Shown here piece after piece: positions 1 through 12,190 of a DNA stretch of 64,000 nt (positions within the stretch are counted from its first letter, which is position 1; each line of letters begins with the position of its first letter). The notes below the pieces were generated by a model. The model searched no databases and was not told the DNA's origin. It worked only from the letters and a program-made list of their open reading frames with translations. Origin of the DNA: Adineta vaga. Lineage: Eukaryota > Animalia > Rotifera. The stretch is taken from positions 10,602,001-10,666,000 of the forward strand of contig CP075492.1 in NCBI GenBank assembly GCA_021613535.1, given 5' to 3'. The position numbers were made by a program, and so were the translations under genes.

Positions 1-415
1 AAGATATAGAATGGAATGAGAAATAATTTCACTTATTCCTGTTTGCTTTCTATTCTATTGATAGATAGAAGAATAGAAATGCACATCGTTTCTCTTTCAT
101 TCAGTCATTTAGTTCAGTTCACAGTTCTTCTTCTCTTGCTTTGATGAACCAATCATTGGATGTGAACCAGGCTTAGTAATTTATTGGAAAGAATATGTTG
201 AGTTTCTTGAATTTCTATAATGATTCTTTGGAATATCTTTGATGAATTTCTAATCGAGGACGAAACAATAATTGAATGGTTGAAAAGAAACCAATCCAGT
301 CAGTTGTGAGGTATGACGAATGAATCATTGGTTGGTGGTTGATCATTTGATTCATTCATTCGATCGACACTGATGACTGACTGATACTGATACTGATCTG
401 ATAGTTTAGTCAAAG

Positions 416-1644
416 ATGATATTGTTGATTTTTCTCATATTTCCTGCTGTACAATCATATTTATTTGGATGTTATTATGATTATAATCAACCATTAATCT
501 TACCCGAACAGTTGCCCACCAGTATTTGCACACATGTATTATTGATTGGAGCAGTTCTTGTTAAAGATCGAGGGCTTAGTTTTGTTCAACGTCCATACAA
601 TGGTTCTGAGGCATTACAAAGTATGAGAGAGTATCGTACACGCGATTCCAATAGACTGAAACTAGTTCCATCCATAGTTGGTGATGATGTAGAATGGAAA
701 ACAGCATTGAAGGATTCAGAATCTCGAACAATATTCATCGCAAATCTCGTCGATTTTGCATCATCTCAAGTAAAGAATGACGAAAATTTTCTTTGACTTT
801 TTATATGAATGAATAGGAAGTCGATGGTTTTGATTTTGATTGGGAATATCCATGTGGAGATTTCAAATCGATCTATACCGAATTTATTCAAGAACTACGT
901 CTAGCTGTAGATCGAATGTTCAACACTAAGTTTCTGATTGGTACTGCCGTGGGTGCAGGTAAATATACAATTGATAATTGCTATGAAATTGGTAAATTAG
1001 GTTTAATACTTGATCTAATTCATCTAATGACGTATGATTATCATAGTAAGTACTATTATTTTAAGAAAATCAATCAATTTATAGTTATCTATTCAGCTAT
1101 TTATGATAAACAAACAGGATATAGTTCGCCTATTTATCCAAAAAGTGTTGAAACAGGTGATGCTCGATATTACAATACCGAGTGGAGTGCAATGTATCTT
1201 GTTGAACAGGGTGTACCACGAAATAAAATTCTCATTGGATTCGAAGGACTTGGTCATACATTCCAATTGAATAACAGTGATAATCATGATTTTGCAGCAC
1301 CTGTTGTTGGTCCTGGTTATGGTAGTGGATGGATGACATTTATTGAATTTTGTTTAATTGTAAAAACTGCTGGATCACATTGGGACGATGAAGCAAAAGT
1401 TAATTATACATATTATAAAGATCAATGGACAAATGTAGGAGATGTAAGAGCAGCAGTGGAGAAAGTGCTCTTTACTAAAGCACATGATTACGGTGGTGTA
1501 TTTAGTTTTGTGAGTTTATAAATGAATAGAACTGTTTGAATCTATTGGTATATTTAGGGTCTTCATCTCGATGATCCAACAGATATTTGTCAACACGGTG
1601 AAACTTTTCCGATTCATCGTACAGTCGCTCGACATTTACAATAA
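416..1644 (+). CDS. Secreted GH18 chitinase/chitinase-like protein, 4 exons, no chitin-binding module
   Basis: Signal peptide and CTH motif in exon 1. After intron 770-816 the frame reads EVDGFDFDWEYP (GH18 DxxDxDxE). It continues with MTYDYH and GVPRNKILIG, and the last exon reads GLHLDD...TAA at 1642-1644. Confidence 0.9.
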
Positions 1645-1769
1645 CTGTGATATTATATTTGATATATTGTCATTTGTTTTTTTTCTGAATTGATAATAAA
1701 AATATAATTGTAATACTCATGAACAAAATTGAATCTTGATTTTTGTTCTTTTATCGTAGTGTCTCAATA

Positions 1770-4700
1770 ATGTCGTCGATATTTGGTTATACTTGTATAC
1801 TAATCTATTTTCTATTTCTTTCCATAATGACGTGTGAAACACGATTCATCAATGAAGAAGAGACAATTGATAATTCACAACTTGCAATTATACTCTCAAA
1901 TTATCGACATCGATTTGAACATTCAACAAATTTAAAGAAACTTCGATGGACTTTAGACAATCGATATAATAAAGCTTATTGTCAATTTTGTGATTTAGTT
2001 GTACCTGTGGTATGCTAGGGATTCACATAATTTGAATATAGATTTTCTCATTCTCTCATTTCGTTTAGGTTCGGTTACTTATCGAAGCAAATCAAACTAC
2101 TCATATTGAAAATATTGTTATGGGATTTTGTAAAGAATTTAAATTAATCGATATTGATGTTTGTATCGGTGCAGTTCATGAATATCGAGTAAAGCAATTT
2201 TTCAAAAGAGTAATCAATAGTTTTATTTTTCAAATAGGATGCAGTTATTGCCGTGATATCTCAATCGAGTTATAGTAATAAACAATTATGTGCATTAGCA
2301 TTAAATTGTCGTAAACAATTTGATTATCCAATATTAACATGGAATGTAACATTTCCATCTGATAAACCAAAACCATTACCAAAACCTCCTCAACCTCCAA
2401 AAGTAAATGTTACCAATAAGCATTATAACGTTTAGAAATTATTTTGATAACATCATGTTCACTATCGAGTAATTTACTTGTACGAGTTATTTGTTGCCAT
2501 GTATAAGTTGTTTTGTTATCTAATGAAGCATCAGGAAAGAATTTATTTAGATCAATTGAGAGATTTGATGACATAGTTCTGTTGAGATTTGTTTGAATAT
2601 AACAACAAACAGATGTTTCTAGCCAAGCATTATCCGTATTCTTCGAATCATCTGTAGAGAAAAAGAGCAAATAAATCTCGTAATGAAAGTAAATTTCTCT
2701 TTACCAATATAAGCAGTACTAACAAATGTTAAATGTTCGATAATTCGATTGATTTTGTTATCATTTGTATCAGAATTTAGATTATTCCATTTTTGATAGA
2801 TATCACAAAGAAATACTTTCAATGTTTTCTTAACTGCATTCATATTAGTTCCAGTAGTCCATGTTGATGGTAAATGAAAGTATGAATCATCTTGTGTTGA
2901 ATGCATAAGATATTTGAATATTTCTTTTCCAGATTTCATTTCATTAGTACCATACATAATAACGAGATGAGTTTGATAATTAACTCCCCATCGTTTTAGA
3001 ATACCTCGTCCACATAAACCAGTTCGACCAAGAGGATTTAAGGGATAACCTTTTTGATCAATTGAATAATGACCAAATGGATTAGCAGTACGTCGATCGA
3101 CATTATAGTTTGTATCGAATGTATTCCACATGAAATTCGAAGTGATTTCTTCAGGATCGGCATTACTCGTACGAATGAGAAGCGAAGAATGCGTGTAATA
3201 CGATGGATTGTACCTATGTATAAGAGAGATGATCTTTCATTCATTTCTCTAACAACTACTACTTTGGTAGATCAACACTCCATGGTACTTGATCATCATT
3301 CATCTGTTGTCGTAATATAGATGTATTTGGATAGACACCTTTCCGACAAAATCGATGGATAGGTAAATGATTTTGCAATAATTTATCCTGTTAAAATTCA
3401 ATAACAGAACTTTCGAATGTGAATTTATTTCTGAGTACTTGCTGTTGATGCCGATGTCGTCCACATGTATTAGCAATTATATTTTGATGGGGAGATAGTA
3501 GTTCTTCTTCATCAAAAAGACGTTTTTCTTCAGATGTTAACTTTGATCGGTAGGATTTAATAGTTTTCTTTTGAGATTTCAATCGTAATAATTGATGACA
3601 GTATAGTAATTGTTCGCACATATCAATGGTAGATTTATTAGAATGATTAATCTTTTCTGATTTCTTCGTACCAGATGGTAATAATGCATTGGCTATTGAT
3701 AATTTCTATACAAATATTTATTGTAGAATATAATAAAATACAACAAACTCGAGCGATTAATTTCAGATCAGGACGTTGATTGATGAATTTTGATTGACGC
3801 TTTGTTTTTAGAAAATCTAATAATAATTGATCTTTCATGAGATTTACATTTGTTAGAAAGAATGAAATAGAAAAAAAAGGAACATTTATATCACTAAGCG
3901 CTTTATATATATATATATATATATTATTTTAGCCCGGTTCATCTATTTTTACTGTCTTACATTTATCTGATATTCATGTTGATTTTTCTTATAAACCTGG
4001 ATCACAAGCTGATTGTTCTCAACCATTGTGCTGTCGAGATGGCCAGCCAGGTTTGCAAATTTAATAAAGATCTGAATATCTCTCAGATTGATGTGCTTTT
4101 TCGTTTAGCTCCAGGTCATGTTGGTGCTGGATTTTGGTAAGAACTTACTTTCTCTATTCATCGTAGAGAAAATCTTATTTGATCTAGGGGTGATTTACGT
4201 AGTTGTGATATTCCATATTGGACAGCAGAAGTTATTCTTCAATACGCTTCTGAATTAGAAAAGGTTTCATTTTCTATTAGTAAGTAAATGTATACATGAT
4301 TGTTCTGTGTTTAGGTAGATTTTGTTTATTATACCGGTGATCTTCCACCTCATAATGTTTGGAATCAGTCTCAAGAGCAACAACTCTATTCACTTAAAAC
4401 AATCAATCAATTATTAGCAAAAACTTTTCCGAATATAACATTCTATTCAGCAGTTGGTAATCATGAATCAGGTAAATGATATTCTCTTGAGTTTTTCCAT
4501 GCAATCCTTTTACTCTTTTAGCACCATGCAATCTCTTTCCTACACCGAGTATTCGTTCAGATAATATTTCATGGTTGTATGAAGCATTAGCTGATAGTTG
4601 GATTAATCTTGGATTACCTGAACATACACGTGAAACGATCGAACGTGGAGGTTTTTATACAACAATAGTACGACCTGGTTTTCGAGTCATATCTTTGAAT

Positions 4701-5561
4701 ATGAATTATTGTTCAGCAGATAATTTTTGGTTATTTATCAATTCCACTGATCCATTAAATCAACTTCAATGGGTAAGATGTTCCATGTTGAAGAGATATT
4801 TAAATGTTTGGTATCATTTTTCTTATTAGATGATTGAATGGTTACAATATGCAGAAGATCACGGAGAAAAAGTTCATATTATTGGACATATTCCACCGAA
4901 ACAATGTTTAGCATCATTTAGTTGGAATTTTGATAAGATTATTAATCGGTAAGCAATCTGTTGTCTTTCGTTGTCGACTGTTATTGTATTGAAATTGTAT
5001 TAGATATGAAAATACGATTACTGGTCAATTTTATGGACATACACATAATGATGAAATTGTTATCAATTATGATGAAATCGATCAAAAACGTCCTATTTCA
5101 ATGGTTCGATGTCGTTATTTGTGTCAATTGATAGTGACTTTTTATACTTTTAGGGATATATAACACCGTCATTAACAACTTTTTCCAATCTCAATCCTGG
5201 TTATCGTGTATATAAGATTGATGGTCATTATCCTGATAGTTCCTATTGGGTACTTGATCATCGTACAGTAATTATGAATTTAACAGCAACAAATCTCTAC
5301 AATCGAACTATTTTCGTTGATGAATATGATGCTCGTTATGCCTATCAAATGGAAAATTTATTTCCAAATGATTGGCATAATTTAATTCAACGATTGCAAA
5401 ATGATATGGATGGTTCATTAATGGATTTAGTTTATCAATATTATACAAAATCATATGCAAATGGAACTCAATGTGATCATAACTGTCGTCGAGGACTTCT
5501 TTGTGATTTCATAACAGCCCGTGCTGAAGATCCTCATTCATGTGATTCAATCCCTAATTAA
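1770..5561 (+). CDS. SMPD1: Acid sphingomyelinase (SMPD1-like), copy 1, multi-exon
   Basis: Signal peptide, saposin-B domain (CQFCDLVV...FC...VC...LC) and Pro-rich linker. Metallophosphoesterase motifs [35 protein letters not shown]. The intron 2403-3932 is unusually long. Confidence 0.93.
2410..3838 (-). CDS. NUDT9-homology (ADP-ribose pyrophosphatase-like) protein with degenerate Nudix box, nested antisense in an ASM1 intron; ~410 aa
   Basis: Exons 3838-3749, 3705-3439, 3387-3263, 3213-2705 and 2651-2410 splice in frame through GT-AG introns (1233 nt). NUDT9-type motifs: [69 protein letters not shown]. Confidence 0.88.
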
Positions 5562-5936
5562 TCTGTCTTCCATGAAAGTGTTAACCGATTTCATTTTTGA
5601 TCTGAAACATTGTTATCTTTTTTTGTTAGATGTGAGTTTAAGAAAAACAAAGATCGATACAATTGTAATAAAATATAAACTGATATTTATAATATATCGA
5701 ATTCAACTAATGCCTACTACAGATTGTTTGTGTATTTTTTAATTGAGAAATTCTTAAATGTCGTACAGAATAAAATAGGTTAGAGTTGATAATCAAGATG
5801 TACTGTTCGTCCGGCCCTTGAAAACACTTGCTATCAACAGCGTTTTTCTTTGGTTAAAATAAGTTTGTCGAAGATAAGACAGTCATCATAAAACGTTTTT
5901 CTCTTTTTATCGCATTTGTTATTTTTAATATTAACC

Positions 5937-8284
5937 ATGGAGGTAATAAGATGCCTAGTTGTTGTACTAGTTCTTGTAGTCTTTTCTATAACACGAATTT
6001 CTACACGTTCAATTCTACAAGATTCAGTGGATCTTTTGATAAATGATCCATCACAAAATGAGGAATTAAGTTCAATATCGAACAGTGTTAGTAGTTATCG
6101 TCATCGTTTGGAACACTCGACTAATATTCAAGCCGTTCGTTGGGCTCTTAGAAAATTAAATGCAGATGAACTCTGTGAATTTTGTGATTTGATGGTTCCA
6201 GTAGTAAGACGATTTGTTTTTTATCTCTTTCTATTCTATTGATATATAATTGAACGAGTGTAGATTCGAATTCTTATTGAAACAAATCAAACATCACATT
6301 TTGAATCAACACTCTTGTTCGTATGCAGAGAATATAAAAAAATTGCTTTTGATGTCTGTATTGGAGCAGTTGATGAATATAAAGTAATTGATCAGATAAA
6401 AATTCTCTATTAAAAAATAACATATCGAATAGGATGCCGTCCTTGAAATAATTACAAATTCACCTCTGAATAATAAAGGTTTATGTGCGTTAGCATTCAA
6501 ATGTGAACCACAATTTGATTTTCCACTATTAAAATGGAATGTTACAATACCAAATAAACCAAAACCAACACCACGACCACCTCAACCACCATCAGTAAGA
6601 ACACCGAGAGAATTGAAATACAATGAAAGATTTTTTTTCTAGCCAGAATCACCAAAATTAACTATTCTTCATCTATCTGATATTCATGTTGATTTTGCTT
6701 ATAAACCAGGATCATTGGGCGACTGTGGTGAACCTTTGTGTTGTCGTGCAGGTCAACCAGGTAGGTTTTTTTCATTCTCATAGGTGATGAATACAATTTT
6801 TCTGAAATTTATATATATATATATTATAGGTGTTAATCAAACAGGTGCTGGTTTTTGGTACGATCGTTTGATATTGTTCATAATAGAAATATTCTATTTT
6901 TATTATTGAAGGGGTGATTATAGAGGTTGTGATTTACCATATTGGACAGCCGAAGCTTTATTGAAACGTATTATTGAAGTTGAAAAAGTAAATCTTCGGG
7001 AAACATCTAAGAAATTAATTGAAATTTTGCTTCATTAATAGAATATTGATTTTATCTATTATACTGGTGATTTACCACCGCATAATGTTTGGAATCAATC
7101 TCGTAGTGATCAATTGTATTCGATCAATACTATCAATCAATTATTAGTAACACTTTTCTCAAATAAAACATTCTATTCAGCAGTTGGTAATCATGAAGCT
7201 GGTAAATGATATTTTCTTGAGTTTTCTAATCAATTCTTTTATCATTTTTAGCACCATGCAATATGTTTCCAACGCCAAGTGTTCGATCAGATAATATCTC
7301 ATGGTTGTATGAAGCATTAGCTGATAATTGGATCAAACTTGGTTTACCACTTAATACTCGAGAGAGCATTTTACGTGGTGCTTTCTATACAGCAATAGTA
7401 CGACCAGGTTTACGATTGATTTCTATGAATATGAATTATTGTGCCGAAGATAATTTTTGGTTATTCATCAATTCTACTGATCCATTAAATCAACTTCAAT
7501 GGGTAAGATTTCTTTTCATAGTAAAAAAAAGTTCATTAGATCGATTGTGATTCTTAGATGGTCGATTGGTTACAATATGCAGAAGATCATGGAGAAAAAG
7601 TTCATATTATTGGACATCATCCACCAAGTTCATGTTTAGCAGCATTTAGTTGGAACTATTATAAAGCTGTAAATCGGTCAGTAAAGTCATTGCATTGAAA
7701 TAAATGTCTATTAGTCGAAGTGTATTAGATATGAAAATACTATTGCTGGTCAGTTTTTTGGACATGTACATTCAGATGAGTTTACTGTATTTTATGATGA
7801 AATCGATCAAAAACGTCCTGTCTCAGTCGTAAGTAAATAATATCTTAATAAGAAATTCGAAAATTTACTTTTATACAAGGCTTATATTGGTCCTTCGGTA
7901 ACAACGTATTCAAGTTTAAATCCTGGTTATCGTGTTTTTACTATCGATGGTAATTATTCAGGTAGTTCCTATTGGCCACTTAATCATCGAACAGTTATTA
8001 TGAACTTAACTGAATCTAATGTTCAAAATAAAACAATCTTTCTTGATGAATACAATGCTCGAGATGCTTATGAATTGAAGAATTTATATCCAAATGATTG
8101 GAGTGAATTTCTCGATAGATTGCAACAAGATATTGATGGTCCATTGATGAAATTAGTGGCGAAATATCATAGAAAAAGTCATCCAAGTGATTGTAATCAT
8201 AACTGTCGTCGTGCACTTCTATGTCGATTGAAATCAGCTCGATCTGAAGATCCTCATGCATGTGATTCAATTCCATCTTTTTAA
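5937..8284 (+). CDS. SMPD1: Acid sphingomyelinase (SMPD1-like), copy 2, multi-exon tandem paralog
   Basis: Same domain order and intron positions as copy 1. Motifs [35 protein letters not shown]. All introns are short. Confidence 0.93.
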
Positions 8285-8374
8285 ATGAATTGTTTTTGTT
8301 TCTCATCATTGATTTTAATTTGAATGATTCGTCAATAAATCTATTTTTTAGAAATTTTAGTAGAATTTACAATT

Positions 8375-8665
8375 TTATAAACACAAAATACAATAGAGAG
8401 TGAGACCAAGTCCTATGCAAGTCGCTATAATATTCCATAGTAAAGTAACATTGGACCAAAAATATGCTTTGGAATTATCATCAGCTTCTTTATACATTGT
8501 TATTCGCATAGATAAATATATGGCGATGAAACCCATTATAAAAAATCCAAAAATCACATTAAAATATGACCATAAATACCATTCATAAACAGTTCTTCTT
8601 GTCGAATGTTCTTCTTTTATTGGTAATAGCTCATCATCAATACAAATTAAATCAATAGCAGACAT
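8375..8665 (-). CDS. Dispanin/CD225 (IFITM-like) small membrane protein
   Basis: YLWSYFNVIFGFFIMGFIAIYLSMRI...DDNSKAYFWSNVTLLWNII follows the CD225 two-hydrophobic-segment pattern. ATG at 8665. Confidence 0.7.
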   Translation of the reverse strand: MSAIDLICIDDELLPIKEEHSTRRTVYEWYLWSYFNVIFGFFIMGFIAIYLSMRITMYKEADDNSKAYFWSNVTLLWNIIATCIGLGLTLYCILCL

Positions 8666-9271
8666 TAGCACACTATATGTTCTAATCAACTTTTATAAGT
8701 ACAATGATTCGGTTATTTTGTGCCTACACGACAGGAAATAATCAAGTAAAAAATAACAGATGAAACTACATTCGTAAATAGGTTCTTAGTTAATTATTTA
8801 TTGTAACGGTATAAGAAGAACAGGAAAGGGTTCCGAGAGTGTACGGTATAGGCGAAGAAAAATCATCAGAAACTTCGTCTATTTTCATTTACTAGATGAA
8901 CTTTTATCGATTTGGTTTGATTATCATTGTCTCAATCGAGATGTGTCAATTTTAATTGATAATCATTATCAATGAAGTCTATCATAATGATTTTTCAATT
9001 CATTTTGTATGATTAATGTCCGTTATTCACAATCAATTTACAACAAGTTATAAAGATTTTTCTTCTTTTATTACTTTTAATACAAGATTTTTGTCTCTCG
9101 TTATCTTGATTAAACCACCATGAAGAAAATAGAAAAAAAAAGATATTTTGTATATTCAGATCCTAAGACGATGAAAAACAGAAAAATATTCATTCATACA
9201 TTGTGAACAATACAGATGTCTTAGTGTTCAGATCGAAAAATGATGCTCATAAAAGTGTATTACAAACTATT

Positions 9272-10217
9272 TTAACGAAGTGTTTTAGGAATATCAAAAG
9301 AAAATTTCGGTTCATCTTTTGTTAATTGAAGATATTCTCGTGATGATGTTTCACGACGTATCCAATGTAGAACAATTTCTTGATCCGATGGACAAGATTT
9401 AACGAATGCATCCAATTCATAAGCCGAAGCTAAGAAAATGAACTACAAATCAATTTAAAGATTTTCTAGAAACGAAACATACCTAAATAAGCCCAGAGAG
9501 CTGAAAATTCCGTTGGAATAGTTAGATGTAAGATATAATCGGCTGCAACACGAATATGTTGTAATTTTGGCCACAGAGAACAATCAAGACCAGATATTTG
9601 ATTTGATGAAATATATTTTGTATTTCTTGTTCGAAGAAAATTATCGATTTTTTCTAATTCATCCAATAAAATTCGAGGATTATTGTGCACATCTTTTATC
9701 AAATATGTAAAACGTTGAAATACATTTGATTGTACTTTGAATGCTTCATGATCTTCTATAGCTAGTTTATAATTAGGAAAGGCTGAATCTAAATAATCTT
9801 CAATATCATCAATGTCATTGAAAGTGACATCACCATGAACTAAACTTGGTAATTTTTTCGAGATTTCTTTAAATTCTTTCGGTGGATTTTTACAATTTAT
9901 TGTAATAACATCAAAACTAAAATCATTGTCAGCTTCACGTTTTATTAATAATTTAAGAAAGACATCATGACAAAACGGACATGCACCTTTTGATCGACCA
10001 TCATTTCCAGCTAATTCAGAATAAAAGAGAAATATATAAAATAGTTGGAAGATGTTCTTTTTTTACCTTTGATAAATAGATGAAGTTTTTGATTATCTTC
10101 ATCGTTTAATAGAATTGACTAGAACACAAAAGGAAAAGTATTCTTTTTAGATTAATCTTTATCAAAGATGTAATTACTCACAGAATCAGGTTGCTCATCA
10201 TCAACTTCATCAGCCAT
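9272..10217 (-). CDS. CLIC: Chloride intracellular channel (CLIC/EXC-4 family, GST fold)
   Basis: Spliced frame gives LHLFIKAGNDGRSKGACPFC, NCKNPPKEF, LPSLVHGD, LDCSLWPKLQHIRVA and SCPSDQEIVLHW. Confidence 0.9.
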
Positions 10218-12190
10218 TTTATTACTCTAATACGTGTTTTTTTTCCTCAATAAGATATATATATAAATACTGTCTCTCTTTTTTTTCTCTGGTAAGTGTA
10301 CGAATGTCTATATAGGTAGAAAAATTAAAGTCGCATGGTGATAAAAAGCCCGATGATGTCGACAAACGCCGTCCTTTTCCCGTTTTTTCCTCTGTCTTTT
10401 GTTCGATATTAAAGGCAATCTTCATTGGCCTGCTCACATTCGTATATCTGACACATCACAGCGAAGCGAGAGAGACAGAGAAGAAAAAAAAATGAAGGAA
10501 AAGAATAGTAAAACATGCAAAGTTTTTCTTTCTTCTTTTTTTTCAACTAACTAGATGAGTTTTCACAAAAGAACGAGCATAGAAAAAGAAGAAGAAGAGA
10601 AAAGACAGCGTCTGTTCAACTTGAAACATGTGAATCGATTTACCTTTTAAAAATAAAAGATTAAATTAGAATGAATAATGTCTTGCTCCAAAATGAAGAC
10701 AATGACGACATCACTCGTAGTTCAACGCACTTATATACGTATATTTAATTGGTATCTACTCACGGATGACGATTCTTGACTAGACATGATGAGTAATACA
10801 AGTTGCTGCAAGGAAACAAGTTAGAACGTGTCTGTGATGTGATAAAAGATTATTATATGTGTAAGAACGACAGGTTTAGTAAGAGAAAAGAAAGAGAAAA
10901 GAGAGAGAGAGAGAAGGCAGCAACCTTCAAGGTTTTGATGTCTTGCTTTTTATATAACCAAATCTATTTTTTCTCATAAATCAAAAAAGAAAAACAGAAG
11001 GTAAAGAGAAAAAAGTCGTCAGGTAAAACATGATTATTGTTTCAACCATCAATATATACGTATAAAAAGAAAACGATTATGACACTTCGTCAATATTTTG
11101 CTTAAAAAATACCACATAAATATATGAAATTAAGAAGGCATATATACATACCGATAGAGGACGACATTGTTTTGAATAAAGAACTGGTCTTGGAAGGAGA
11201 ATAACTTGCATCGTAGTTTTATTGATCAATCTAATCACCAAATAATATAGCTTTTCGTTCCTTTTTTTACTTTGTTGTCTGTCTATGTGCACACAAGTGT
11301 GTTAGCAAATGTATTCGACATATATATATATATATGAACCAAAATGTCGCGTCCATTGTACAGCATGTCTTCTCTCCGTCGCTTTCTTCTTCTTCTTCTT
11401 CTTCTCTATGTTATTTACATACGACTTCTCCCTCATTGGAAGTGATTAAAGTTCTCTTTTTTTATCTCTTTTTTATTGCCCTCTGGCCATCATTTGTAGG
11501 TATCTCTTTCTTCTGTGTTCAAATCATCATTGATCTTATCTGACACCTCTTTTCATAAAGAAAAGAACATGAATAAGATGCCTATAAAATGACTACTCAT
11601 TTTCATGGTACGAAAGGCTTTCATTTGGCCTTTATAAACTATCATGCTTAGATACTAACTTGTTCACCTTGATAGTTAATAATCTACTCAGAATACCTCA
11701 TGTGTAAGCTTAGTTCAATATGTATTTATGTAGTAAGTAAATAGAAGAACAAACGATAAATTTATCTGATTAGAAAAAAACAGTCAAATCTGGATAGTTT
11801 ATAAAAAAAAATAGGAAACACATGTCGTGTTGGTGGAATTATTGTTAGATATTTTTTGATAATGACACATCGAGTCTTTCATTATTTCTTCTTGACAATG
11901 ATTTCAAGGACTACTTAGTAGTCTTTTTTTTATTCTCTGAACTTTCGCACGTCATGTGTTAATGAAAAACTCGAAGTATAGAGAACATATTGTGATTATA
12001 TAAGACATCTGATGATTTTTTATTTGAATAATATGATAATCAGAAAACTGGTTCATCATTTATAACGATTCTTTACAAAAAAAAACAATTTAGACGATTC
12101 TAATTCGAATCAGCTTCTCAACCATATTATAACAATTCTGAAAACTTCGGTGAACAGTAGTAAAAGAAATGTTCAAGATCTATTATATAC

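Noticed and set aside
368-403. Short (ctgata)-like repeats just upstream of the chitinase ATG
   Set aside because: A degenerate microsatellite. A GATA-site role is possible but cannot be supported from sequence.
2403-3932. Nested insert as a transposable element
   Set aside because: No transposase or RT motifs, terminal inverted repeats or target-site duplication were seen. It encodes a spliced cellular-type gene.
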